DNA from: a virus
Lineage: Duplodnaviria; Caudoviricetes
Strand: one strand, 5' to 3'
Length of the DNA: 44,993 nt
Virus record (IMG/VR): IMGVR_UViG_3300010052_000222
Coordinates: 1-44,993 of that record
A program made the translations under genes and the position numbers. Of the stretch, positions 8,706-18,233 are shown in pieces. Position 1 is the stretch's first letter, and each line of letters starts with the position of its first letter. The notes below the pieces were generated by a model. That model was not told the origin of the DNA, made no database searches, and saw only the letters and a list, made by a program, of their open reading frames with translations.

Positions 8706-11278
8706 TAGCGTTCACCGAACACAGGATCTTGACCAGACAGGAAATCCTTCTGATCCTGGACGCGATATGGAGCCTGCTGACGTTGTTCGGTCTGGTTGGC
8801 GCGCGCGCCTTCCATCGCTGCACCGCTTGCCGCGTCATCGACCTTTTTCTGCATGTCCTGAAGCTTGGTGATGTCCGGACGCCAGAGCTTGCCCGGGATC
8901 GTCTGCAACACGCCGTCGCGATCCTGATACAGAACGGCATAACCTGGCATCTCGCCACGCTTCACCATTGCGTCCGTTTCCGGCGTCGTTACCAACTGCA
9001 CCGAACTCATGTCGGCGTCCGGCGAAAAGGCTGAGATATCTGCCTGAAGCTGCGACGGATAGGACAGTGACTGCGCCGCGTCGGCCACCGGGAACTTTGG
9101 CCAATAGCGCTCAGGTGGATGCTTCATGACCACCTTGCGGCCCGTCATTTCCGTCACACCATAGAGCCGCTTCATCTCTTCGACGGCGCGATTTTTGGCA
9201 ATTTCTGGGTCTCCGCCAGCACGATAGAACTGGTCTTCGGCAATCGCTGCAAACTCAGCTTGGATGCCAAGCCGCTGGCCTTCGGAGAACCCGATGTCCG
9301 GAGCCGCGCCGAACCATGTATCGAATTCGTTGGATAGGTCGGTTTGTTCGACCTCCTTCAGGAATTCTTTCGCTGCCGGTTCCATTGCCTTGCGGTTGAA
9401 TTTCGCCTCCGGGCTGTTGCGCTCGATGTAGCGCTGTGCTGCCATCTCCGGTGAGAGATTGCGCTTGTTCACGTCGAAGGCGAAATCATCGACTGCTGTC
9501 TGAACTTCTGACCCGCCGTCACGCCGAGCCAACGCGGCAGGGTCAAATGCCGAGATGCGCTGTGCGAGTTGTAGCGCCGTCGCCACGTCAGCCGGCGTCT
9601 GGCTGGACAGCCCCTGACGAATGGAGTTGATGACAGGCTGGGGAACCACGCCGGTTTGCTCCAGGATCGCGCCTGCAATCGCGCCATGCTGTTCCGGAGG
9701 AATGCGCTTCACCGCGTCAGAATAGAGGTTGTCGGCGCGCGTCTTGTCCTTTGAGGCATAAGGATCAAGGTTCAGTGTGCGATCGTTCAGCGCCACGAAA
9801 TCCGCTTGAATCTGGTTGGCGCCCTCGTTCTGCGTACGGACCTTGGTGATCAGGGCGGCTTTGTCGCCATCGTTCAACGTCGGGTCATTTGAGACCAACC
9901 CCTCATCCCGGATTTGGCCCTGCACGATCTGGAGTTCGAGAGCGTCCTTGTGCTGGGTGTATTCGGCCTTGATCGTCGCGGCTTCCGTGCGCTGCTGTTC
10001 GCCGACCTGCACATCCGCCTGATTGGCCAGCACCAGCCGGCGCTCGAGCGGAATATTGGCAAAACGGGGATCGGGGCCTCCTGCGGATTCCGGAACACTT
10101 GCCTGGCCTCGAATAATCGCCGCCTCTTCCGCCCGCCGCTTGGCATTGATACCACCGTTGTGGCCTCGCAAACCCTCCACGGCAGAAGCGATTTTCTCCA
10201 TATCGCCGGAGCGCACGGCGCTGGCGACGGACTTCGGCAAGCTGCCGTAGTTATAGGCCACGGATGTAAGCGCTGCGCGCGCGCCTCCGGGAAGTTGCGA
10301 CCAATGATCGACACCGACCTGACGCGCTGCTGTTTGCTCAAACTCACGTGACCGGCGCGCGAGATCGCGTTCCGCGTCCGCGCGCGTAACGGTATCGCCT
10401 TGCTTCACGGAAACGACCGAGCCATCGGCCTTCGTGATCGTGTCCGACCCATAGCCAAGGCGATGCGCGTTCACATCCCAATAGGTGCTTGAGCGAAAGC
10501 CCTCAAATTTCCGCAACAGACCAACGGCGCCACCACCTACGTTCGGCCCGGCCGCAAGTTCAGCAGGAGTGAGCCCGAGGGCGGATTTGGCCTTACCGGC
10601 AAATTGCGGGTCTTTCGCCAGCAGCGTCTTGAACAAGGTCTCATCGGCATTCGCCAGCCAGTTGGTCTTCGCAACATCCTTCTCCAGCGCCGGAAGGCCC
10701 GACTTCTCGATGATGTCCACACCCTGCTTCTTGAACGCCTCGAAGGTGGCCGTATCGTTCGGATCGCCCATCGCCATCTGCGTGGTGATCTCGTTCTGCG
10801 TCTTCTGTATCTCCACCTTGTAGTAGGCCTGCTCACTCGCATACTGCTGGCCAGCAAGTCGGGCTGAACCCTTCATGCGATAGAGTTCGCGCTTCTGTGC
10901 GAACTCCGCCCTTTTCGACTCCGGCATGCGCTGCATGTAGCTGTCGAACACTGTATCGTAGGAGCCGGGCCGAACCGGCTGCTGCGTTACAGGGTCGATC
11001 TCACCATAGACGCTATCGTGAATGCCCGCCCCATCGATGGGCGCATTTCGCACTGCTTCGTCTTCCTGACGGGCGATATCCGCCAGCATCTCGTTCTCGC
11101 GAATGGTGGCGTCGAAATTGTCCTTCTGGTCCTGCTTTTGCTTGAACCGCTCGGCGACGTTCTGGATTGAATTGCCCAGCCCTTCGATCGCGGAGCCAAC
11201 CGGAGACCCGGACGGATACGAGACGACATTGCCCGTATCGAGCGAACGGCTTCCAATCTGGCGAGGAATATTTGCCAT
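8705..11278 (-). CDS. Internal virion/ejection protein with embedded GH24 lysozyme domain
   Basis: LLRKFEGFRSSTYWD...LGYG, ALTSVAYNYG and RRAEEA motifs at about 10105-10525. Confidence 0.85.
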   Translation of the reverse strand: MANIPRQIGSRSLDTGNVVSYPSGSPVGSAIEGLGNSIQNVAERFKQKQDQKDNFDATIRENEMLADIARQEDEAVRNAPIDGAGIHDSVYGEIDPVTQQPVRPGSYDTVFDSYMQRMPESKRAEFAQKRELYRMKGSARLAGQQYASEQAYYKVEIQKTQNEITTQMAMGDPNDTATFEAFKKQGVDIIEKSGLPALEKDVAKTNWLANADETLFKTLLAKDPQFAGKAKSALGLTPAELAAGPNVGGGAVGLLRKFEGFRSSTYWDVNAHRLGYGSDTITKADGSVVSVKQGDTVTRADAERDLARRSREFEQTAARQVGVDHWSQLPGGARAALTSVAYNYGSLPKSVASAVRSGDMEKIASAVEGLRGHNGGINAKRRAEEAAIIRGQASVPESAGGPDPRFANIPLERRLVLANQADVQVGEQQRTEAATIKAEYTQHKDALELQIVQGQIRDEGLVSNDPTLNDGDKAALITKVRTQNEGANQIQADFVALNDRTLNLDPYASKDKTRADNLYSDAVKRIPPEQHGAIAGAILEQTGVVPQPVINSIRQGLSSQTPADVATALQLAQRISAFDPAALARRDGGSEVQTAVDDFAFDVNKRNLSPEMAAQRYIERNSPEAKFNRKAMEPAAKEFLKEVEQTDLSNEFDTWFGAAPDIGFSEGQRLGIQAEFAAIAEDQFYRAGGDPEIAKNRAVEEMKRLYGVTEMTGRKVVMKHPPERYWPKFPVADAAQSLSYPSQLQADISAFSPDADMSSVQLVTTPETDAMVKRGEMPGYAVLYQDRDGVLQTIPGKLWRPDITKLQDMQKKVDDAASGAAMEGARANQTEQRQQAPYRVQDQKDFLSGQDPVFGER

Positions 11279-11772
11279 CAGTAAAGCCCACCGCGTGCGA
11301 AGGGAGACTGGCCGATCTTCGCCGCTTTGTTCGGATCATAGAGACCCGACAACCCCGAAATCAGCCCGCCGCCTGCATTAATGATGCCGCCGGCCATGGC
11401 CTGCTTCCCGGAAAACCGCGAGATGTCAGCCTGTGTGTGGAGGTTGTTCTGCCTGATCTGCGAGCCATACTGGATTGCACGGATGTCAAGTTCCCCCTCT
11501 CGAGCATTGGCGATCAGGACATCCGAAGGGGAGCCGGCCATTGCCACGCCAGACGCACCCACCTGAGCGCGCGCGTTGGCCTGTAGCAATTCCTGTTTCT
11601 TGCGCTCCTGACGCGCCTCATAGGCTGAGGCCTGGCTGTCCGCCTGAGCCTGCTGTTCGTAGGCTTTGGCCTGTGCGTTCGCCATCGCCATCTGCTGCGC
11701 ACCGGACGCGATAGAGCCGGCGACGGAAACGAACGTGCCGATGGCTGCGAGAGTGCCGGGTTCGACGCACAT
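11278..11772 (-). CDS. Small internal virion protein (T7 gp14 position)
   Basis: MC-start, Gly/Ala hydrophobic ends, GASGVAMAGSPSD motif; follows tail tubular B. Confidence 0.8.
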   Translation of the reverse strand: MCVEPGTLAAIGTFVSVAGSIASGAQQMAMANAQAKAYEQQAQADSQASAYEARQERKKQELLQANARAQVGASGVAMAGSPSDVLIANAREGELDIRAIQYGSQIRQNNLHTQADISRFSGKQAMAGGIINAGGGLISGLSGLYDPNKAAKIGQSPFARGGLY

Positions 11773-11774
11773 GG

Positions 11775-14255
11775 CTATGGCTCGCTGTCAAAGATTGGCG
11801 TTGCGGCGCGGATGGTGCAGGGCGTCGGGTTGATGAAGCGGATGCGGACTTTCGCCATTCCCTCCCAGCTGTCATCAATCGGCACCTTGACGTTGCCGGT
11901 GAACAGTTCGACGTATTCTGGCGCGGGTGCGTTGCTTGGGATGGAGACCGTTTCCCATGCGCCGCGCTGCATGGACTGAATTTCCAGCCCGGTAATGTCG
12001 GTCTCGAACAACGACAGGATGATGGCGGAAACCTTCTTGCGCCGGCCGCTGCGCGAGCCGTCCTGCCCGCCAACGTCCAGTTCCAGCGTTTCGGCCTTCG
12101 ACGTAAAGGGCAGCCCAACATGAGCCTCATTGCACAGCGCGCCACCCGGTAGCGTCACTGCGCCGCCAGAGACGGTGCGTCCTTTGGCGATGATCCACCC
12201 CGCCCCGCCAATGCCCGTCGTGTAGAGGATGTCCACCGACTGACCATTGAGATGCGACAGACCACTGATCGAATTTGTTGGGGCGCCTGAATAGGTCAGA
12301 CCACAGTCCACCTGGAAACAGTCACCGACCCCTGCATATTCGAAGGCCGGCTGCATGACTTCGATGTAGCGCTTGGTCACGCCGCCGATCGTCCGTTTGA
12401 CGATCATCCAGACATCGTTCGGCATGCCGTCTTGACCCGGTGTAACGATGGCTCGCTCAACAATGGGCCAGTCCGATCCGGCGAAAGCACCACCAACTCG
12501 GTGACGATGCATGCCCCGAACTTCCTGCGACGGCTGATGCGTGTAACCACCCATCTCGCCATTATCGAGCGGGAACCAGACAATTGGATCGGGGTCGTCC
12601 TGATAGGCGATCTCGACAACACCCTTCTTTGGGATGTGCTCGGAAATCTGCCCGATGTCCTCGGACGTGAACCGCCCCGAGGCATTCTGGACCAGTTCCG
12701 CAATCGCGCGCCGGGAGCGCGTCACATACATGAACGACTGGCCTGCATCGATCGGTCTGATCTTGGCGCACCCATGCGTGCGGGAACGGCGGTTCTTGAA
12801 CGAGGTTGGAGTCAGCGCCTCATCAAGTCCAGACCCGGACAAAGCCCGAACCCCACCCGATGTTGCGATCAGCAGGAACCCGTCCGCGTCCGCGAGCCAA
12901 ACGATATCGTTCGCCTGTCCGCCGCCCGCATTCTCGAATACGAGCGCATCGTCATCTTTCTCGCCGGCCGAAAAGTCATCGAATGCGCCGGTCTTCGAGG
13001 CATAAACCGAGAAGCGCTTGCTGTAGGCCAAGCGCTCTTCGAAGAACGCCACGCTCTCCACCTGTTCGTCAGGCAGAAATGCGCTCATCCGCCAGTTGAT
13101 GATCGGCGACAGGTCCGGCAGCGCATGGCCGTTGAGTTCGATGGTGACGACGGCTGCGGACGTGCGTGAGATAATGCGCGCCCATCGCCAGTTGCCGTCA
13201 GAGCCGAGCAGGCGGATCGTTCGGCCAACATCGGTCGTCCGGAAGCCAGCCCCGTCATTGACGCCGGCTGCCGGCGATGCCGTGAGATTGAATGCGGTCT
13301 GACTGACGGCGGCCTTGTTAAAGCCAATCTCCGCCACCTGAAACGTGCCGACTGAGCCATCGAGACCGGTGTAGCTGAAACGGTGATATTCGAAGGCCGC
13401 CTTGTTCTCAAACTCGTAGAACCGCGTCTCGCCACCATACCAGCCGGATTCGCCCTTGCGCGTGTCGAGCGTGGTCCAGGAAACACCGTTGTTCGAGCCT
13501 TCGACCTTCCACGAGGTGGGCGTGCGGTTGACGATCGTGCCATCGACAGCCGTGATCCAGTAAGAGTCGACAACGACCTGCGCAGAACCAGCTTGGCGAT
13601 ACTGTATCCATCCCGGGACGGCGACGATCTGCAAATCTGTTCCTGGGTCTCCGTCGAAGACTTGAAACGCATTGGCGCTGGCGTTCGAACTTGACGCGGT
13701 TCCTGATGGCGCAGAGTTGCTTGTCATCAGCGGCGTCAGCGACGCGCGGTCGGCCGGCGTCATCGTCGTGGCGGTGATGTTCAGCGGCAGATACGGCCCG
13801 TCATTGAACACTGCTTCCGTCAGCGTCCATGTCGTGGGGCCTTCACGTGTCAGGATTTGCGGCGGGTAGTCGCTGTGCACAATCCACATCTGATCAGCAG
13901 ACTGGATGAACTGAAGCTCGTGCAGATCCGCCTCAACCCAAGGCGTGACGACTTCGACCGTTCCAACCCGAGACCCATAGGCATAGACGCGAATGTAGAG
14001 ATGGCCCACTTCGAGCGCATAGGCCTGTTCGGCGCTGAAGATGAACGGGATGAGGATCGTTTCGCGGGCGGAGTTCTTGACCTCCCCGGCGAAGTAAGTG
14101 CCGCCTCGAGCGCGCAAACCTCCATGCGGCAGGGTCAGGAAATTCTCGCACAACGACAGCGCCGTCCGATAGAGATCGAGCGAGGCGCGCGCATGTAGCC
14201 GTGGAGAGATTTCACCGCGAACGAATGAGTCCTGCTGGGGGTAGAGGGCCGGCAT
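11775..14255 (-). CDS. Tail tubular protein B (nozzle) with inserted discoidin/F5-8-like domain
   Basis: SFVRGEISPRLHAR N-terminus, AFFEERL and HVGLPF motifs; insert with PTSWKVEGSNNGVSWTTLDTR. Confidence 0.88.
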   Translation of the reverse strand: MPALYPQQDSFVRGEISPRLHARASLDLYRTALSLCENFLTLPHGGLRARGGTYFAGEVKNSARETILIPFIFSAEQAYALEVGHLYIRVYAYGSRVGTVEVVTPWVEADLHELQFIQSADQMWIVHSDYPPQILTREGPTTWTLTEAVFNDGPYLPLNITATTMTPADRASLTPLMTSNSAPSGTASSSNASANAFQVFDGDPGTDLQIVAVPGWIQYRQAGSAQVVVDSYWITAVDGTIVNRTPTSWKVEGSNNGVSWTTLDTRKGESGWYGGETRFYEFENKAAFEYHRFSYTGLDGSVGTFQVAEIGFNKAAVSQTAFNLTASPAAGVNDGAGFRTTDVGRTIRLLGSDGNWRWARIISRTSAAVVTIELNGHALPDLSPIINWRMSAFLPDEQVESVAFFEERLAYSKRFSVYASKTGAFDDFSAGEKDDDALVFENAGGGQANDIVWLADADGFLLIATSGGVRALSGSGLDEALTPTSFKNRRSRTHGCAKIRPIDAGQSFMYVTRSRRAIAELVQNASGRFTSEDIGQISEHIPKKGVVEIAYQDDPDPIVWFPLDNGEMGGYTHQPSQEVRGMHRHRVGGAFAGSDWPIVERAIVTPGQDGMPNDVWMIVKRTIGGVTKRYIEVMQPAFEYAGVGDCFQVDCGLTYSGAPTNSISGLSHLNGQSVDILYTTGIGGAGWIIAKGRTVSGGAVTLPGGALCNEAHVGLPFTSKAETLELDVGGQDGSRSGRRKKVSAIILSLFETDITGLEIQSMQRGAWETVSIPSNAPAPEYVELFTGNVKVPIDDSWEGMAKVRIRFINPTPCTIRAATPIFDSEP

Positions 14256-14855
14256 TCACGCCCTCCAATAGCGGTTGTCGCCACGGGCGGACGACCAACC
14301 AGCATCGAAATACGAGCCGGAGGCCTCGAAGGCATTGACCCGAAGAGCCTCAGCCAGGCCTTCGGCGTAGGCATTCCGCGCCAACTCGACCATGCCTGAC
14401 TTGTGCGTGAGGGGGAGCGCCAATTTCACGGCAAGAGCAGCCGCCACAACATCGACAAATACAGGTGACCACGTATTCGGGTCTGTCCTGTCCTGAAGGT
14501 AGCGAAGGATGCGCGGGCTTTCCTGATCGCTCAGGATGGTCGTGCCTTCCCGACGCCATGAGATCGGAATGCCATTCGGCTCGCCGTTGTAGGTCAGCGG
14601 CAAAACACGCAGCGCTGCTGCCGGCACGGTGTAGGACCAATCGAGCGTTCCATCACCAGTGCCGAGATTGGTGCCAGTAACCGACGCGCTCGCAATGGCA
14701 AAAGCCCATGGGCGCTTTGCAATCTCAGCCTTGCGCGTCACAGCGTAATGCAGCGTCGCGAGACGCGCGACCTTGTTGTTGTCGCTGAGCGCCGTGATGG
14801 GGGCCTCTTCAAGGAGGGCAATCCCCATGTTGACGACTTCGATCTCGGTCGGCAT
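14256..14855 (-). CDS. Tail tubular protein A (adaptor)
   Basis: EVVNMGIALLEEAPI, PWAFA and LAVKLALPLT patterns; lies between capsid and nozzle genes. Confidence 0.85.
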   Translation of the reverse strand: MPTEIEVVNMGIALLEEAPITALSDNNKVARLATLHYAVTRKAEIAKRPWAFAIASASVTGTNLGTGDGTLDWSYTVPAAALRVLPLTYNGEPNGIPISWRREGTTILSDQESPRILRYLQDRTDPNTWSPVFVDVVAAALAVKLALPLTHKSGMVELARNAYAEGLAEALRVNAFEASGSYFDAGWSSARGDNRYWRA

Positions 14856-14858
14856 CGC

Positions 14859-15041
14859 CTACACCTGCGGTTTCGGGAGAAGCTTTGCGCGCCGCGCCTT
14901 CTTGCGCTTGCGCTGGCCCATCATAGGAACGGACGTGTCCGGCTTGGCCTGCGGGATGTCAGGCGCGAATTTCGACACCACGTTGCGGCGTGCCTTGGGC
15001 ACATCCTCGCCACGCGGGCGGTGATTGAGCATGATCGGCAT
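14859..15041 (-). CDS. Small basic hypothetical protein
   Basis: 60 aa ORF filling the gap between capsid and adaptor genes. Confidence 0.55.
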   Translation of the reverse strand: MPIMLNHRPRGEDVPKARRNVVSKFAPDIPQAKPDTSVPMMGQRKRKKARRAKLLPKPQV

Positions 15042-15063
15042 GGGGGAGCTTTCGAAGGAGGGA

Positions 15064-15089
15064 GGGACGGGAGTCGAAACCCCCGTCCC
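15064..15089 (-). other. Stable RNA hairpin immediately 3' of the capsid gene (no U-tract)
   Basis: GGGACGGGGGT-TTCG-ACTCCCGTCCC with a UUCG loop. Confidence 0.7.
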
Positions 15090-15096
15090 GTAGTCA

Positions 15097-16086
15097 TCAC
15101 GCTTCGGTCGTCTTCAGCGCCAGGAACGTCATGTTCTTGAGCGAAGTCGCCGTGCGGTCCCAGTTTGCAGCGAGCGCGAATTCGGCATCGGTTGCGAACT
15201 CGCCAGCCGTCGAGCCATCCAGCCAGCGGGTGCCGGGGATGTGCGGGACGAAGTGACGGCGGGAGACCATTTCAGTGACGCCGCCACCGTGGCCCTGACG
15301 AGGCTTGCGATCGAACTCAAGCGGGCCGCCTTCCGTATTGACCGGAAGCTCGTTCCACATGATCGCGCGATCCTTGAACAGGAATGCGGTATACTCGCCA
15401 GTGGACACCGGAATGTCGTCGTCCACGATGACACGAAGACCCATGTAGTAGGGGATCATCATGCCGCCCTGCTGCGACGACGGAAGGTAGTCGATCAGAT
15501 CGGCGAGCTTGAGCGCCTTCATCTGCTTCGAATGCACCCAGATGGCCTTGAACGAGTCGGCGCGGTCACCCATGAGGTAAGCCGTTTCGATGATGTCCGT
15601 GTCCACGATGGAGGCATTCGTGTCGCGAACCATGTCGCCGGAGTCGTTGGCGATGTTGTCCGCAAGCACGCCCTGAAGCATCTTGATCAGGGTCAGCTTG
15701 TGCGCGCGCTGCCAGTAGGGGGTCTGGCGACGGACGATGACCTTGAGCGGGTCGTCACCGGCCAGAATGCTGGTCAGGTCGGGGATGCCCCAAGCCTGTG
15801 CGCGGATGTTGCGGGCCGCGACTTCACGGTGCGTTCCGATCTTCTTCATTTCGATCGAGTCGGTCGGGTCGTCGTTGACCGGTTCCGACGGATCGTTGCC
15901 GAGATCCTTCCAGCCGGGCATATCGACGGAACGTCCGCCCATGCTCAGCTTCGAGGAGATCGACGGATCGTTGAAGAGAACGCCAGCCTGGAAGATTTCC
16001 AGCGACTGGACGTGTTCCTCAAACGAATACTGCGCGTAGACGGATGGGACAATCGAGTCCGTAATCCGGGTCCATGCATCAACCAT
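15097..16086 (-). CDS. Major capsid protein
   Basis: 329 aa after the scaffold gene; IPYYMGLRVIVDDDIPV P-domain pattern; strongly biased codon usage. Confidence 0.9.
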   Translation of the reverse strand: MVDAWTRITDSIVPSVYAQYSFEEHVQSLEIFQAGVLFNDPSISSKLSMGGRSVDMPGWKDLGNDPSEPVNDDPTDSIEMKKIGTHREVAARNIRAQAWGIPDLTSILAGDDPLKVIVRRQTPYWQRAHKLTLIKMLQGVLADNIANDSGDMVRDTNASIVDTDIIETAYLMGDRADSFKAIWVHSKQMKALKLADLIDYLPSSQQGGMMIPYYMGLRVIVDDDIPVSTGEYTAFLFKDRAIMWNELPVNTEGGPLEFDRKPRQGHGGGVTEMVSRRHFVPHIPGTRWLDGSTAGEFATDAEFALAANWDRTATSLKNMTFLALKTTEA

Positions 16087-16121
16087 TGTCTTTCACCTTT
16101 GCGATTTGCAAAGCGTTCCGC

Positions 16122-17030
16122 TCACAGCGGGTTGCTGGACACCCAAAGGTCCGGGTTCTCCCCGGCTTCGCGTGCCATGCGCTTTGCGCGTTCAGGGTCG
16201 CTTTTCACGAGGGCTGAAATCGCCATGACATCCCGCGAGCCATCAGCGAGACGCCTGAACGGATTGCCCGCTACCGGCGTGTCGTTGGACCCGATCGTGT
16301 CTTCGCTGAACTGCTTCTCGCCGACCGCCAGCATGGCGCGAGCCACCTGTGCGTCGGTCAGGCTGCCATCCGGGAGGATGATGCCCTTCGCCTTGAACAC
16401 GTCCGTCAGCCCAAGGCCTTTGATGGCCCGCTCGGCAATGGTCAGCTTTGCCTTGAAAGGCTCGCTGTCTGCCGGCCCGAAATCCTTCACGAGGTCGTCG
16501 TAAGTCTGCTCGACGGACTGAGCGATGGCGGCCTGCTGGGCCGTCACCTGCTCCGCCATGTAGCCCACGAACTTGTCGTGCTGGGACTGCGCCTGCTTTG
16601 CCGTCAACCCGTCAGCCACAGCCCATTGCTTGGACGCGGTTGCGAGGTCTTCGGAGTAGGGCAGCCCTTCAGGAAGTCCTTCGGGAAGCTTGTATGTCAG
16701 CGTGTCTGGCGAAGAGACCGGGCGCATGTCCTCGGGGAGTTTCGAGTGGAACTTTTCCCACTCTTCCTTTGGTGCGTCCGGCGCAGGAACGCGCAGGCTC
16801 TCGCCCTGCATTCGTTCCAGTTCAGCATAGGAGGTAAAAGCCTTGTCCAGGCTCTCTGGCGTGGTCCAGCCCTTGGTTTCAGCGAGCTTGCGGTTGCCTT
16901 CGGAAAGACCGCTAAGAAAGCTAGATGCGCCCTCTGCGGCGGACCCGTTGTCCGCAGTTGGCGTTGGCTGTGCAAGGTTGCCCGCCGGTGCGTCAAGCAC
17001 CACGGACCCGGCTTCTGCCGTATCTGTCAT
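16122..17030 (-). CDS. Capsid scaffolding protein
   Basis: Acidic, helical protein with SYAELER, RP..PD..Y and GLTAKQA motifs; directly upstream of the capsid gene. Confidence 0.8.
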   Translation of the reverse strand: MTDTAEAGSVVLDAPAGNLAQPTPTADNGSAAEGASSFLSGLSEGNRKLAETKGWTTPESLDKAFTSYAELERMQGESLRVPAPDAPKEEWEKFHSKLPEDMRPVSSPDTLTYKLPEGLPEGLPYSEDLATASKQWAVADGLTAKQAQSQHDKFVGYMAEQVTAQQAAIAQSVEQTYDDLVKDFGPADSEPFKAKLTIAERAIKGLGLTDVFKAKGIILPDGSLTDAQVARAMLAVGEKQFSEDTIGSNDTPVAGNPFRRLADGSRDVMAISALVKSDPERAKRMAREAGENPDLWVSSNPL

Positions 17031-17062
17031 GAGAGAGAAATCCTTGCGGTGGATTGGAATAG

Positions 17063-17097
17063 AAAAAGGGCCTCGCCACCGCTGACGAAGCCCCTTT
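17063..17097 (-). terminator. Rho-independent terminator upstream of the scaffold gene
   Basis: Minus strand GGGCTTCGTCA-GCGG-TGGCGAGGCCC-TTTTT. Confidence 0.75.
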
Positions 17098-17122
17098 CAA
17101 TCAGCCTTGCGGGCTGAATCCG

Positions 17123-17695
17123 TTAGGCGTTATCGCCCCAATTTTCCCAGAGCAGCGTGATCGTGCCGCTGACGGCGAGCGTGCCATCCGCATCGATTTC
17201 CGTGTTGGTTGGGAAGCCGATGTTCAGGAACAGGTCCATCGCGGTAGTCGTGCCATCGAATGTCGCAGCAGACGCCACATCAGCCGCCTGAGCGGTCGTG
17301 TAGGCGGCAACAGCGCCGTCAAGCGTCTTGTCCTGCTTGGCGATCACATCGACCATTGTGGAGGCCAAGGTGATCGAGGAAGCGGCTACCGAGCCAAGCG
17401 ACCAATCCATCGCGGCAGAGTCGTTGATGGTGCTGGCGCGCGCCGTCAGGACTGCGAATGCCAGGCTGGCCGTGCCGCCCTTGACGCGGATCTTGCCGGG
17501 AGCAAAGTCGAACAGCTTCTGCGAGGCATAGGCCAGCGCATCGGTGACGGTGATCTGCATACCGTTGAGCGTGAAGACGGTTCGATACGAGCCGCCGCGT
17601 CAAGTGGTGACAGCAGACAGTCCAGCCTTGGGAGGCGCAATGCCAGCCTCACGCGCGGCAGCGCGAGCAAGCGAACGTGGGAGACCACGAGCCAT
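17123..17695 (-). pseudogene. Putative head decoration/structural gene interrupted by an in-frame TGA at codon 32 (17600-17602)
   Basis: AAGGA RBS, then ATG 17695 MARGLPRSLARAAAREAGIAPPKAGLSAVTT*RGGSYRTVFTLNG, continuing in frame into the 145-aa ORF MQITVTD... Confidence 0.8.
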
Positions 17696-17748
17696 GATGT
17701 CATTCCTTCATTCTTGGGAGGGATTGTCCGGCTGACCGCGCCGTGCGG

Positions 17749-18072
17749 TTATGACCGCGCCTCTAGGCGAGCCGCTCGTTCCAGCGCCACCAGATCCTCA
17801 TCCGTGAGCGTCAGGAAACCCATGATGTGTTGCAGCACTTCGGCCCGAGCATTCGACAGGGCGGAGTGCAGTTCGAAGCCGTGCGGCGTCTTGGTCTTCG
17901 CCAGCCATTCGGCATAGGACGGGCGACGGTAGTAACCGGTCACATTCGCCAGATCGGCGAGAACGATCTCGCCATCCTGCCCGGCGAAGATGCGCAGATA
18001 GGCCTTGGTGAGCGCGTCCTGTGATTTGGCAGGACCGCCCATGTCCCCAGACCTTGCGATACGCTTCGTCAT
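17749..18072 (-). CDS. Conserved podovirus head-region protein (Bbp19-like)
   Basis: YLRIFAGQDGEIVLADL motif; lies between portal and scaffold genes. Confidence 0.75.
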   Translation of the reverse strand: MTKRIARSGDMGGPAKSQDALTKAYLRIFAGQDGEIVLADLANVTGYYRRPSYAEWLAKTKTPHGFELHSALSNARAEVLQHIMGFLTLTDEDLVALERAARLEARS

Positions 18073-18233
18073 GCTTCAACCGGTCTGGTGACGTGCCACT
18101 CACCATTTGGCTGGAGCACCTGACGTTCACACCAGACGCAACCCGCCTTCGCCGCGGCTACGGCTTCGTCACCCTCCTTGGGGCAACGAGGCGGACCCTG
18201 GCAGATCACAACGGTAGGCGGCTCTCGTTTCAC
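18069..18233 (-). CDS. 54-aa Cys4 protein missing from the ORF track
   Basis: MKREPPTVVICQGPPRCPKEGDEAVAAAKAGCVWCERQVLQPNGEWHVTRPVEA; GTGA overlap with the portal stop and ATGA overlap with the next gene. Confidence 0.75.
   Translation of the reverse strand: MKREPPTVVICQGPPRCPKEGDEAVAAAKAGCVWCERQVLQPNGEWHVTRPVEA

Noticed and set aside
15241-16503. 420-aa plus-strand ORF
   Set aside because: Antisense to the capsid and scaffold genes; low-information composition.
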